Shown piece after piece: positions 53,082-62,621 of a stretch of DNA of 64,000 nt. Both the position numbers and the translations under genes were made by a program. Each line of letters starts with the position of its first letter. Position 1 is the first letter of the stretch. Under the pieces are notes generated by a model. That model ran no database searches. It had not been told where the DNA came from and was given only the letters and a program-made list of their open reading frames with translations. This DNA is from an uncultured Chitinophagaceae bacterium (GTDB lineage Bacteria; Bacteroidota; Bacteroidia; Chitinophagales; Chitinophagaceae), in contig CAZQIQ010000001.1 of the NCBI GenBank assembly GCA_964593835.1, forward strand, positions 123,464 through 187,463, read 5' to 3'.

Positions 53082-53834
53082 TTAATATACTGCGCGTCCT
53101 CCGGATATATCAAATACAGCACCGGTAGAAAATGAACAGTCTTCAGAGGCCAGCCAGGTTACCATAGCAGCAGCCTCTTCCACTTCAAGAAAACGGTTCA
53201 TAGGTATTTTAGACAACATATAGTCTATATGCCTCTGCTCCATTTGTGCAAAAATCTCCGTTTTTGCCGCCGCCGGGGTGATACAATTGACAACAATATT
53301 TTTTGTAGCCAACTCTTTACCTAAGGATTTTGTCAAGCCAATTAATCCTGCTTTCGAAGCGCTGTAATGAGAGGCAGTAGGATTGCCTTCTTTTCCTGCA
53401 ATGGAAGCAATATTAATAATACGGCCGTAACCATTTTTAAGCATAGCAGGAACTACAGAACGACAAGTAAGAAAGGGCCCGACAAGATTTACATTTATTA
53501 CCCGTTGCCATACATCAGGATCAAGCTCCCATGTGAGCCCATTACCACCCGTTATACCAGCATTGTTTACAAGAATATCAATCTTTCCGTGTTTTGCGAC
53601 AACCGCTTCAGTGGCCTGTTGCACCGATTGAACATCGGTAAGTTCAACCTGATTTGTACTAACAATACCCTTCGGAGACAGGGATTCATGTGCCTGTTGC
53701 AGTCGTTGTGCATCTACATCCCACAATGATACGGTTGCACCTGAAGCCAGCATTCGCTCTGCTATGGCATAACCGATACCGCGTGCACCTCCGGTAATAA
53801 CTGCCACGCGGCCATTCAAATCAATCTGATTCAT
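53082..53834 (-). CDS. SDR-family oxidoreductase
   Basis: VAVITGGARGIG (TGxxxGxG), NNAG and a YSASKAG catalytic Tyr/Lys. ATG start at 53834. Confidence 0.85.
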   Translation of the reverse strand: MNQIDLNGRVAVITGGARGIGYAIAERMLASGATVSLWDVDAQRLQQAHESLSPKGIVSTNQVELTDVQSVQQATEAVVAKHGKIDILVNNAGITGGNGLTWELDPDVWQRVINVNLVGPFLTCRSVVPAMLKNGYGRIINIASIAGKEGNPTASHYSASKAGLIGLTKSLGKELATKNIVVNCITPAAAKTEIFAQMEQRHIDYMLSKIPMNRFLEVEEAAAMVTWLASEDCSFSTGAVFDISGGRAVY

Positions 53835-54534
53835 TTTGTTATAGCTTATTGTGTTTAAAGTTTTGTTTGTGGTTTCCGTAAACACAACTCATCTTATATG
53901 TACTAAAATACTAAATATAGCAGTCCATAAAGAGAACATCGAATGTAACTTTGATTTCGCACTATTTATAAACTTTTTCCTGCTATCAAACCGCTTGATT
54001 ATATGATAAGATTATTCTATTTGAATTGGAAGATTAAACAACATTTCAAAAGAGGGCATTAAACAGTTTTGATTGCTGAAATTCGCAAACGAAGCTAATT
54101 CGACACCTTAGACAGACTAAGTCAAAACAAATACATCATACCGGCTGTAACACCAATAAATCACAATCTCAACTACTTTTAATAGTCAATATATGTACGC
54201 ATATTCATAATAGTTGCTGATCTATATGCTCCTATTAAATAAACAATAAATCATAAAAAACACTTTCCAATAAAATGGAACCAACAAGCAAAACAGCAAA
54301 CAAAATATTGGCACTTGTGATCTTAGTAAAAAAACATTAAGTTTTGTTTACTGTAATTAACATGTGTAATATCATTTGCTTAACAATGCACGAAATTTTG
54401 CTTATAATTTTACGAAATAGTTATTTCTTTTTATAAGAAGTGTTGATAACGGTTAGGCAAACTTGTTTATAACAATTTATACATATATTCGCTTCGCCAT
54501 CATAAGATGGTTTTAAACTTTAAACTTTTATACT

Positions 54535-57450
54535 GTGAAAAAAAGATCTACTCTCTTTGGGAGCAAGCTCCTATTGTTTTTCCTTTTCTTTTCCTCGTAT
54601 TTTACAACAGTCGCTCAAAATGTCGCAAAGCGTTTAGACAATGCAGGTCTGGACACTATTCCGTTTCTGGAATATACACCTGCAGGACATGATGCACCCG
54701 GCAGTACGAGAAAGTATCCACTAATTATTTTTCTACACGGAGGGGGTGAAAAAAGCGATAACCCATCTACTGCACCCGGCGCTCCTGTCTGGAAATTACA
54801 ACAGTACTATGGTCCCTCACGCCAGGTGGCTCAGGGAAATAAAATGAATTTTACCTGGAATAATCAGACGGATACTTTTATAGTCATATCGCCAATGTGC
54901 AGGAGTACAATTAGAACGGGCATCTATAAAGGTGATCCGGTAGGAATATGGCCTACCACGTATATGACAAGGATACTGAATTATGCCAAAGCAAATTTAA
55001 AAGTAGATACCAATCGGATCTATTTGTCAGGCCATAGTTTGGGAGGCGGAGGCACATGGTTATTTCTTTCGGCCAACGCAGGAAATGCCCGCCAACTGGC
55101 CGGTGCAGCACCAGTAGCAGCCACTCATTACCATCATAATAACTGGGGAGCTCAGCCCAATGGAGCACAGTGGGTAGGAGAAGCCAATCTTCCGGTTTGG
55201 GGCTTTCACGCACAAGACGATTTGGTTACATTTCCAATTGGAACTACAGTTCCGGTTAACGCCATCAATGATCGTATTCCAGCACCTGCAGTAAAGGCGC
55301 TCATGACCATTTGGCCAACAGGAGTTGTTCCTTCTAATCAACACAACAACACACCTCCCCGCGTATTCGATGTTAATATACCAGGAAATGAATATGGATC
55401 AGAGGGAATTGTGAACATATACGAATGGTTTCTCGGACAGAATAAAAGTTTACCGGCAAATATATTGCCCACAGCCAATGCAGGAAGCAACTTCAGTGTG
55501 ACCGGTACAACTGCTACACTTGACGGATCCGCGTCTACAGATTCAGATGGTCTGATTGTCCGCTATGTATGGAAACTTATCTCTGCTCCAACAGGAGTTA
55601 GCCTGTCATCTGTTTCTCTAACAGACAGACTCGGGCCGAATCCTACAGCAACAGCGTCGAACCTTACTACACTTGGCAACTATACCTTCCGCTTATACGC
55701 TGTTGATGATCGTGCAGCTATCGACTCAACCGATGTCGTTGTCACTAAAACAACAGCCCCTCCTGGTAAAGCTTTAACCTTTACTTCTTCAGGAAGAATT
55801 CAAACAAGTAATGTTACCGAGCTGAATGGTACTTCTAAGTTTACACTTGAAGCACGGTTTAGGTACGATTCTACCGTAAGTGGATGGACTACTATCATGA
55901 GAAAAATGGGTGCGCTCAATGACAGAATCATGCTGCATATCGGACCAGGCGATAATGCCATCTATGTTATGGTAGGAAATGGTACAGACGCAAGAGCACG
56001 TACTGCAAATAATGCTATTGTTCCGGGAAACTGGTATCATGTAGCAGCTGTCTATGACGGTACTCAATCCGACACTGCCAACAGAGTTAAAATATACATT
56101 AACGGTGTGCAACAATCAATTACATTCCCTAATGGGGCTATACCAGCTACGACAACTACTAATACAGCGCCATTTATGGCAGGAGGAGAACCTAGTTGTT
56201 GCCAACTGAATGGCATTGATGAAATACGTGTTTGGAATACGGCACTTTCCGGCACCACTATTAATAACTGGAAAGAAAAACTGCTCGGTGAATGTCATCC
56301 GGATACTGCCAACCTGGTTGTATACTGGCCTTTGGATAATAATTCTACTCCAGGATCAGCGCTCCCAGCACTTGGTACAACATATACCGGTAATATCACC
56401 AACGGTACTTATATAAGCAGTGATCAGGCTATTGACTCCAGCAATTGCCCTATTAATACTGGTAAAGCTTTAACCTTTACTTCTTCGGGAAGAATTCAAA
56501 CAAGTAATGTTACTGAGCTGAATGGTATTTCTAAGTTTACACTTGAAGCACGGTTTAGGTACGATTCTACCGTAAGCGGATGGACTACCATCATGAGAAA
56601 AATGGGTGCGCTCAATGACAGAATCATGCTGCATATCGGACCAGGCGATAATGCCATCTATGTTATGGTAGGAAATGGTACAGACGCAAGAGCACGTACT
56701 GCAAATAATGCTATTGTTCCGGGAAACTGGTATCATGTAGCAGCTGTCTATGACGGTACTCAATCCGACACTGCCAACAGAGTTAAAATATACATTAACG
56801 GTGTGCAACAATCAATTACATTCCCTAATGGGGCTATACCAGCTACGACAACTACTAATACAGCGCCATTTATGGCAGGAGGAGAACCTAGTTGTTGCCA
56901 ACTGAATGGCATTGATGAAATACGTGTTTGGAATACGGCACTTTCCGGCACCACTATTAATAACTGGAAAGAAAAACTGCTCGGTGAATGTCATCCGGAT
57001 ACTGCCAACCTGGTTGTATACTGGCCTTTAGATAATAATTCTACTCCAGGATCAGCACTCCCGGCGCTTGGTACAACATATACCGGTAATGTCATCAACG
57101 GTACTTATATAAGCAGTGATCAGGCTACCACTCCAAGTGGCTGTACCTCATCTCCCGCTACGCTGGCAGATTATTCCGAAGAAGTAAGAAGCAACATCGG
57201 AAATGGCACACTGTACCCGAATCCAGCACGAGACATAGTAAAAATTCGAATGAACGCACAGTCATCGTCTTCGGTAACCATTAGCGTGATTGATATGTAC
57301 GGGAAATTTGTTTATAAAAATCAGCAGTCAGTTATAAAGGGAGAAAACAATTTATCCCTTAACATTGCTTCACTGTCTCAGGGAATCTATATCGTTGAGG
57401 TTCGGGATAGTAAAACGATTTTAGGTAAATATAAAGTCATAAAACGATAA
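54535..57450 (+). CDS. T9SS-secreted multidomain protein: alpha/beta-hydrolase esterase + PKD-like + 2x LamG (Laminin_G_3) + T9SS C-terminal sorting domain
   Basis: Signal peptide after a GTG start. LIIFLHGGGE and SGHSLGGGG (nucleophile elbow). A PKD-like LDGSASTDSDG segment. Two LamG modules (NWYHVAAVYDG...IDEIRVWN). C-terminal LYPNPARD...IYIVEV...KYKVIKR. Confidence 0.85.
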   Translation: MKKRSTLFGSKLLLFFLFFSSYFTTVAQNVAKRLDNAGLDTIPFLEYTPAGHDAPGSTRKYPLIIFLHGGGEKSDNPSTAPGAPVWKLQQYYGPSRQVAQGNKMNFTWNNQTDTFIVISPMCRSTIRTGIYKGDPVGIWPTTYMTRILNYAKANLKVDTNRIYLSGHSLGGGGTWLFLSANAGNARQLAGAAPVAATHYHHNNWGAQPNGAQWVGEANLPVWGFHAQDDLVTFPIGTTVPVNAINDRIPAPAVKALMTIWPTGVVPSNQHNNTPPRVFDVNIPGNEYGSEGIVNIYEWFLGQNKSLPANILPTANAGSNFSVTGTTATLDGSASTDSDGLIVRYVWKLISAPTGVSLSSVSLTDRLGPNPTATASNLTTLGNYTFRLYAVDDRAAIDSTDVVVTKTTAPPGKALTFTSSGRIQTSNVTELNGTSKFTLEARFRYDSTVSGWTTIMRKMGALNDRIMLHIGPGDNAIYVMVGNGTDARARTANNAIVPGNWYHVAAVYDGTQSDTANRVKIYINGVQQSITFPNGAIPATTTTNTAPFMAGGEPSCCQLNGIDEIRVWNTALSGTTINNWKEKLLGECHPDTANLVVYWPLDNNSTPGSALPALGTTYTGNITNGTYISSDQAIDSSNCPINTGKALTFTSSGRIQTSNVTELNGISKFTLEARFRYDSTVSGWTTIMRKMGALNDRIMLHIGPGDNAIYVMVGNGTDARARTANNAIVPGNWYHVAAVYDGTQSDTANRVKIYINGVQQSITFPNGAIPATTTTNTAPFMAGGEPSCCQLNGIDEIRVWNTALSGTTINNWKEKLLGECHPDTANLVVYWPLDNNSTPGSALPALGTTYTGNVINGTYISSDQATTPSGCTSSPATLADYSEEVRSNIGNGTLYPNPARDIVKIRMNAQSSSSVTISVIDMYGKFVYKNQQSVIKGENNLSLNIASLSQGIYIVEVRDSKTILGKYKVIKR
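55765..57156 (+). repeat. in-frame tandem duplication, 2 x 696 bp (232 codons each), inside the esterase-LamG gene
   Basis: GGTAAAGCTTTAACCTTTACTTCTTC starts at 55765 and again at 56461. The copies differ at only about a dozen positions by eye until the last 30 bp or so. Confidence 0.9.
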
Positions 57451-57522
57451 GATTAAGTTCTCAACTAAGATCAACGTGTCGATCTTATAGTTAGAGAACC
57501 ACAACCTTTGAGTATTCAAAAT

Positions 57523-57560
57523 AAAGAGGGTGTATCAAATTTTCTGATACACCCTCTTTT
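57523..57560 (+). terminator. hairpin terminator of the AGAGGGTGT...ACACCCTCT family
   Basis: AAAGAGGGTGTATC-aaattttc-TGATACACCCTCTTTTTATT, 73 bp after the stop at 57450. Confidence 0.6.
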
Positions 57561-58445
57561 TATTCAATTTGTCATATTACTCAAATGGAAATTTGTTTAT
57601 TATACACCGAGTAAGGTGTGAAACAAATAATCATTCACATAAATTCTATCCTGTTTAGTCAGTTTACAAGAGCAAGTATAATAAATTATAATTACCTGAA
57701 AAACAACGAATTACAATTATACATGCGCAACAATAACATTTTGTATTCTTTTTCGTTAGTAATCAGACTGCTATAACTTGCACATCTTATCGGGAAGCTT
57801 TATCTTGATAACTATTATCCAGCAAGTTAGCATGCTGATGAAACATGCAATGATTAGACATTTAAACCATATCCCAGGGACTTTTACAGCTCACTGGATC
57901 TATATTTATCAGCAATTCCCTTGGCAATATCTATTATGTACAATATCGAATGGCAAAATTTGTCTTAACAATAATTTCCTCTCGTCTATATTCCCATTAC
58001 CTTCTTCTTTTAATGAAAAACTGAAGAGTTCAAATGGGGGTTTATCTAAAAGCATTATCCCTAAACTGAATGCTGTCGCAAACAAAATAATTCATGAATC
58101 AGATAGCCTCTCTGCATATCTTGTTGCGAAAAAACAGAATAATAGACAAAACATTATGACAGCAAAAACAGGTGATAATTACCTCATTCCAGACAGGAGT
58201 GTCTTGAAAACTTATCATCTCTTCAGCAACAGAGAATGTACGCAATCTTTTGGAGAAACATCGTTTGTAGGGTGATTGCTACTCGAGAAAATATAACCCT
58301 TATTGATGCAGGCATCAGCAGCTTTAAGCTATCTAAATGTCAGCGCTTGTCATTTGAAGAAAGTACATCAGGATCTTTCCCTACAAAAAATATATTGCCC
58401 CTGAAACATTCACATTATAAAATTTTAAATAAATACATTTAAGAA

Positions 58446-59501
58446 ATGAAAAAACACTGTATTTTAATTCTTGTCAGTTATGAATACGAATCATTGCAGT
58501 TGACTTTTAAAGGACTCGAACATACTGTTGATCCAAATGTTCCCATCATCATAGTGCTCAACGGCGCTCGATTTAGTTACAAGGGTTCTAAAGTTGAACA
58601 AGAATGCAGAGCGTGGGCTGCATTAGCTGCAAACCGATATGTGATAAGACCGATGGCTTCTGGAAAAGAACCTATTTATGCTATTCAGGAAGTTGTGGCA
58701 AGTTCTCATCTATTAAAAGATATAGACTATGTGCTTAAAATTGACGATGATGTAATTCCATTAAAAAAGAACTGGGATGTTGATTTAGCCAATTGTTTTT
58801 TCGAATATGAAAAGAAACATGGAAAAATAGGATTTGTAACAGGCTTAATTAATAATAATTGCTGGGGATTCAAAGAGTTACTATCTATCTACAACAAGTG
58901 GGAAGAATACAAACAGTTTATGAATCACCCATCAGTAGCAGGAGTGTTCCAGGAAAGAATTATTAAAATCGGTGAAGTAGATCCGGGAAGAAACGGAACT
59001 ATCCATACTTATCCTGCGCTGGCTTCATGGTTACATGAGTGGACTTCTTTTGATATAAACACCTTTGTTGAAAAGACCAAAAATGAAAAAGTTAAAGAAG
59101 TTGAATTGGATGTTCATTACTCTATAGGTTGTACGTATTCACACAAAAGTTTATGGACCGACCTTAAAGCTACCAGATCTAAAAATTTTGATGAACTGCT
59201 AATTCATGAATACTGTCTGGCAAATAATTTAAAAAAGTTTGCCGTCATGTCTCAACCAATGTTGCACTTATATTATAATAACCAGCGCCTTATCAATGCA
59301 TATTTGCTGCCTCAATTTATTACACATTTAAGTACTTATTTTAAAGACGAAAGTATTAAGGATGTAAAGTTAGCAACAATTCAAGACCAATCATTTGAAT
59401 TAGAAGATCAACTGAAGACACTTAAAGATTTGGATAAAAGATTTGGATTTATAGAAAACAATATCAACAGGGTAAAAAAGATATTTAAACCATTTTCTTA
59501 A
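58446..59501 (+). CDS. hypothetical protein, possibly GT-A-fold glycosyltransferase-like
   Basis: N-terminal HCILILVSYEY... beta-strand and LKIDDDVIP (DxD-like). No confident family assignment. Confidence 0.55.
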   Translation: MKKHCILILVSYEYESLQLTFKGLEHTVDPNVPIIIVLNGARFSYKGSKVEQECRAWAALAANRYVIRPMASGKEPIYAIQEVVASSHLLKDIDYVLKIDDDVIPLKKNWDVDLANCFFEYEKKHGKIGFVTGLINNNCWGFKELLSIYNKWEEYKQFMNHPSVAGVFQERIIKIGEVDPGRNGTIHTYPALASWLHEWTSFDINTFVEKTKNEKVKEVELDVHYSIGCTYSHKSLWTDLKATRSKNFDELLIHEYCLANNLKKFAVMSQPMLHLYYNNQRLINAYLLPQFITHLSTYFKDESIKDVKLATIQDQSFELEDQLKTLKDLDKRFGFIENNINRVKKIFKPFS

Positions 59502-59525
59502 TCTATAATAGATTGTAATATTGAC

Positions 59526-59562
59526 AAGAGGGTGTACCATATTTTGATACACCCTCTTTTTG
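59526..59562 (+). terminator. hairpin terminator of the AGAGGGTGT...ACACCCTCT family
   Basis: AAGAGGGTGTACC-atatttt-GATACACCCTCTTTTTG, 25 bp after the stop at 59501. Confidence 0.6.
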
Positions 59563-59734
59563 TTAAATTCGATATAGAGTGATATCATGTGCTTTTATAG
59601 TAATTATGAATTACACGTTTTTACAGTTATTACGAAGTAAGATCATAAAGCATCAGATGTTATTGAGAGTAATGCTTGAGCCTGAGTAAGACCACCCAAA
59701 TAATAAATATTTTAATTGATTTTCATCTTGAAAT

Positions 59735-59760
59735 AAAAAACCCCGCTGATTAGCGGGGAA
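59735..59760 (-). terminator. intrinsic terminator after the YD-repeat lipoprotein gene
   Basis: Minus strand reads CCCCGC-taatca-GCGGGGTTTTTTATTT. Confidence 0.6.
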
Positions 59761-59780
59761 TAATAAATTACAGGAATTAT

Positions 59781-60578
59781 TTATTTACAATCATATTTGA
59801 ATGATGACACACCATAATACGCTGTAAAGAAGTAATCATTTCCTGGAATAACAGAATATGGTAATTTCTTTGAATTATACTTACGTGCAGGTGTTCCTGG
59901 TTTAAGGGGATTGTTTTTACTATAATTTCTGGTAAGGAAAGTAAATACGGGATGGGAGCGCAAATAGCTTACCTTATCATCGTACCAGGCCTGATCCCAT
60001 CCGTCCACAACAAGATTTCCACGTGAATCATAAGCGTAATTAAGAGTCTCGTAAGTAAACCCTGCACTGCTTATCCATTTTTTGACTTCTTTAATTATAC
60101 GTCCCTGATTGTCATAAGTAAGAGTTGATATAATACGTGGGCTAAATAAAATTCCACCAAACTCTATTCCCTCTCCGGGAGGAGCCCCTGCATTAAACAA
60201 AGTGTCAACAATGATTTGATTTTTGCTATTATAACCATATCTGCTGAAAGTAGCCTCCATGGCATCATCGGGACTATATGCCTTTAGATACTCACGCAAT
60301 CTATTTTTTTCATCGTAGGTGAAATAATGGTTTGGAGTGCCGGTTCCGGTAAACCTGCCAAAGGTTAAACTTGTGGGATGACCATTCGGAGCATAGGTAA
60401 AAACACCTTCCGTTAAAGCACCATCCCATCAATCATTGTCATAGGAAAAGCTAAGGAGTTTGCAGTTGGCAACATATCCTTCGGCTTCAGCATGCCGATC
60501 CCACTTAAATCTTAATAAATCTGTTTTCGTACAGGAAACGGCCTGAAACAGTCCAATAAACATGACTGCTTTAAGCAT
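59781..60578 (-). pseudogene. YD/RHS-repeat lipoprotein gene interrupted by an in-frame TGA
   Basis: ATG at 60578 opens MLKAVMFIGLFQAVSCTKTD (lipobox). The frame continues ...FSYDND*WDGALTEG...YFTYDEKNRLREYL... with a single TGA at 60429-60431. YD motifs include YDNQGRII and YAYDSRGNLV. Confidence 0.7.
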
Positions 60579-61376
60579 TAAATGTTGTCTTTTCAAAACG
60601 GTTTATTTTATTTAGGTTAATGGCGAAACGAAACATTTACTCAACTCTGAAATCCCGTATAAATACGGTTTTTTTCTGAGCTACACTTAACTTGATAAAT
60701 GACTCAAAATTCAACAATCACTCTATTATTTGGATAGGAGATATACATTTTTTTTTCGCGACTCTTATAATCCTTCAAATGCTTTTGACACTCACTTATC
60801 TTCAATAAACATCATTGTAAGCCAACAAATAGATTGTTCTTAATATTAACACTTTAATAGTGTTTAGTGATTACATATGGATTTCGAAATCAAAATGAAA
60901 TTGAATGATTAACAGCCAATCGTATTTAATCATTCAATAAAAAACAACAGAAAATATTAGTAGTTTATTTCTTTATTCAATAAATTTCCATGTCAACATA
61001 AAACCTAATCAATTTTAAATTGCTAGTGTAAGTGACCCGTTTCTCGGACAGTTATTCTTTAACAAATAATAGTGTTTAAAGCTGAAATACAGCCAATCTA
61101 CTGCAATACTATTGAAAGCAGTCTTTTCTTGGCCTTCGTCATTCGTCCCTTCTACTCAATTCAAAATTTTAAAAACCTTTCATTTTTCGTAAAGATATTC
61201 TTACTTTTACACTGCCTCATTTTACCAGGTAACATACCGGTATCTAGTTATTAGGTTTTGCATTTTCTACCGGCTTATTTCAGTTGTTACCAGTTCGCAG
61301 CTTTAGTTTTTGTTTTATTATTTTTTTGACAAGGTTATTAGTCAAGCATTTTAGTTAACACTTTAAAAAATGTGCT

Positions 61377-61625
61377 ATGAAGCTTTCTGATTTTATTTTG
61401 TTAGATGCAGAAGAAAAAAAACAAGCCGTCCTCCATATGGGTGTGTTAATTGCCAAAAGAACCGATTACGATTCTATAGTCTTTCTATTTCAACTTCCAC
61501 ATTACTATGTTGAAACCTATTGCAACACCGACAGTAAAGTCATCGAAGAGTATAGAATCTTTCACGAGGTTGATCAACTTACCCCCTATTTAAATGCCAT
61601 ACCTATCGGGGGATTGATTCGTTGA
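61377..61625 (+). CDS. conserved hypothetical small protein (82 aa)
   Basis: ATG-initiated ORF with a coherent, non-repetitive composition. Function unknown. Confidence 0.5.
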   Translation: MKLSDFILLDAEEKKQAVLHMGVLIAKRTDYDSIVFLFQLPHYYVETYCNTDSKVIEEYRIFHEVDQLTPYLNAIPIGGLIR

Positions 61626-61685
61626 GATCTATTAAGTGCAAATAATATTTTTTCTATAATACAGTTGATTAATAAAAATATAAGC

Positions 61686-61693
61686 TATATTTG
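61686..61693 (+). promoter_or_regulatory. candidate -7 promoter box (TATATTTG) for the RRM gene
   Basis: Matches TAnnTTTG, with GTTG about 18 nt upstream. Implies a 5' UTR of roughly 110 nt. Confidence 0.35.
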
Positions 61694-61810
61694 CTTTGTT
61701 AAACTGAGCCTCGCATTAGTAATAGTTATTAACACTGCACAATACAAAGCATCTTAGTCTTTTACTCCTTGCTTCTCACGTTATTTTTAATCAACTTAAT
61801 TAGTTAAAGT

Positions 61811-62146
61811 ATGAACATTTATGTCTCAAACTTAAGCTTCAATGTACAGGATGAAGACTTAAGAGAATTTTTTGCTCCTTATGGAGAAGTTAGCTCTGCA
61901 AAAATCATCAACGACAAAGCCACTGGCCAGTCTAGAGGATTTGGATTTGTCGAAATGCCCGACGATGCAGGTGCAAAAAAAGCGATCGATGAATTAAACG
62001 GTGGAACTGTTGAAGGCAGAACTATCCGTGTAACGGAAGCCAAGCCTAAAGAAGACAGGCCGGCCCGTTCCAGTAATAACCCCTTCCGTTCAGGAAATGG
62101 CGGTGGTTACAACAATGGCAATAGCTACAATAAAAACAGGTACTAA
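61811..62146 (+). CDS. RRM-domain RNA-binding protein with Gly/Asn-rich tail
   Basis: IYVSNLSF (RNP2) and RGFGFVEM (RNP1). Confidence 0.9.
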   Translation: MNIYVSNLSFNVQDEDLREFFAPYGEVSSAKIINDKATGQSRGFGFVEMPDDAGAKKAIDELNGGTVEGRTIRVTEAKPKEDRPARSSNNPFRSGNGGGYNNGNSYNKNRY

Positions 62147-62167
62147 TAATATTTGTATTTATCCAGA

Positions 62168-62203
62168 GAAGAGGGTGTGTCTGACATTGATACACCCTCT
62201 TTT
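62168..62203 (+). terminator. hairpin terminator of the AGAGGGTGT...ACACCCTCT family
   Basis: GAAGAGGGTGTGTC-tgacat-TGATACACCCTCTTTTAA, 22 bp after the stop at 62146. Confidence 0.6.
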
Positions 62204-62299
62204 AATGTAGAGTATGTGATGGATAAATTCTTTGTTTATTCCATTTTCGTATTTATAAGTACGCTGTTTCTCAGATAGCTATTGTTTCATACTTTTCCA

Positions 62300-62492
62300 C
62301 GTTTTGCCCTTGTACCAAATCCGGACCATTTTAAAGTAGGTTTTTCGGATTCTTTGCCCCTATCCCAAATACTGGACATTTCTAAAGTATATTTTCCTAG
62401 CTCTTTTTATACATTTCAACCACCTGGTTTGGCGTTAAATCATTCAGTGAACTGAGTGACCAGAAGTTATTATATTGTTCTCTCCACACTTC
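62300..62492 (-). mobile_element. decayed IS (DDE/rve transposase) 3' end: transposase tail plus duplicated subterminal segment
   Basis: Minus strand 62492..62397 translates to EVWREQYNNFWSLSSLNDLTPNQVVEMYKKS* (compare W..YN..RPHSSL..LTP.Q). Two copies of a segment of roughly 40 bp follow, at about 62312-62348 and about 62354-62390. Confidence 0.4.
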
Positions 62493-62621
62493 ATTTTTTC
62501 TGTAAAACACTCATTAAAGGTTCAGATTTCCTCATAGCTATCCCTCCCTATTATCTTCGGCAGTTAAATAAGTGATAGCACAATCAAGATCTAAAATCAC
62601 TAAATAGCTAACAGGTTATTG

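Noticed and set aside
55789-56994. Six minus-strand ORFs (108, 64, 60, 113, 64 and 60 aa) that occur in duplicated sets
   Set aside because: They are antisense shadows of the duplicated LamG coding block. Their duplication merely mirrors the 696-bp tandem repeat.
57778-58442. ORFs 57778..58275 and 58236..58442 upstream of the GT-A-like gene
   Set aside because: Both have non-ATG starts, AT-rich low-complexity translations, and no signal or motif. They sit in what looks like a long promoter or leader region. Coding is not excluded but is unsupported.
60429-60431. In-frame TGA as selenocysteine or Trp recoding
   Set aside because: TGA terminates other ORFs in the window. The context (YDND-TGA-WDG) fits a simple TGG->TGA nonsense change, and I saw no obvious stem-loop immediately downstream.
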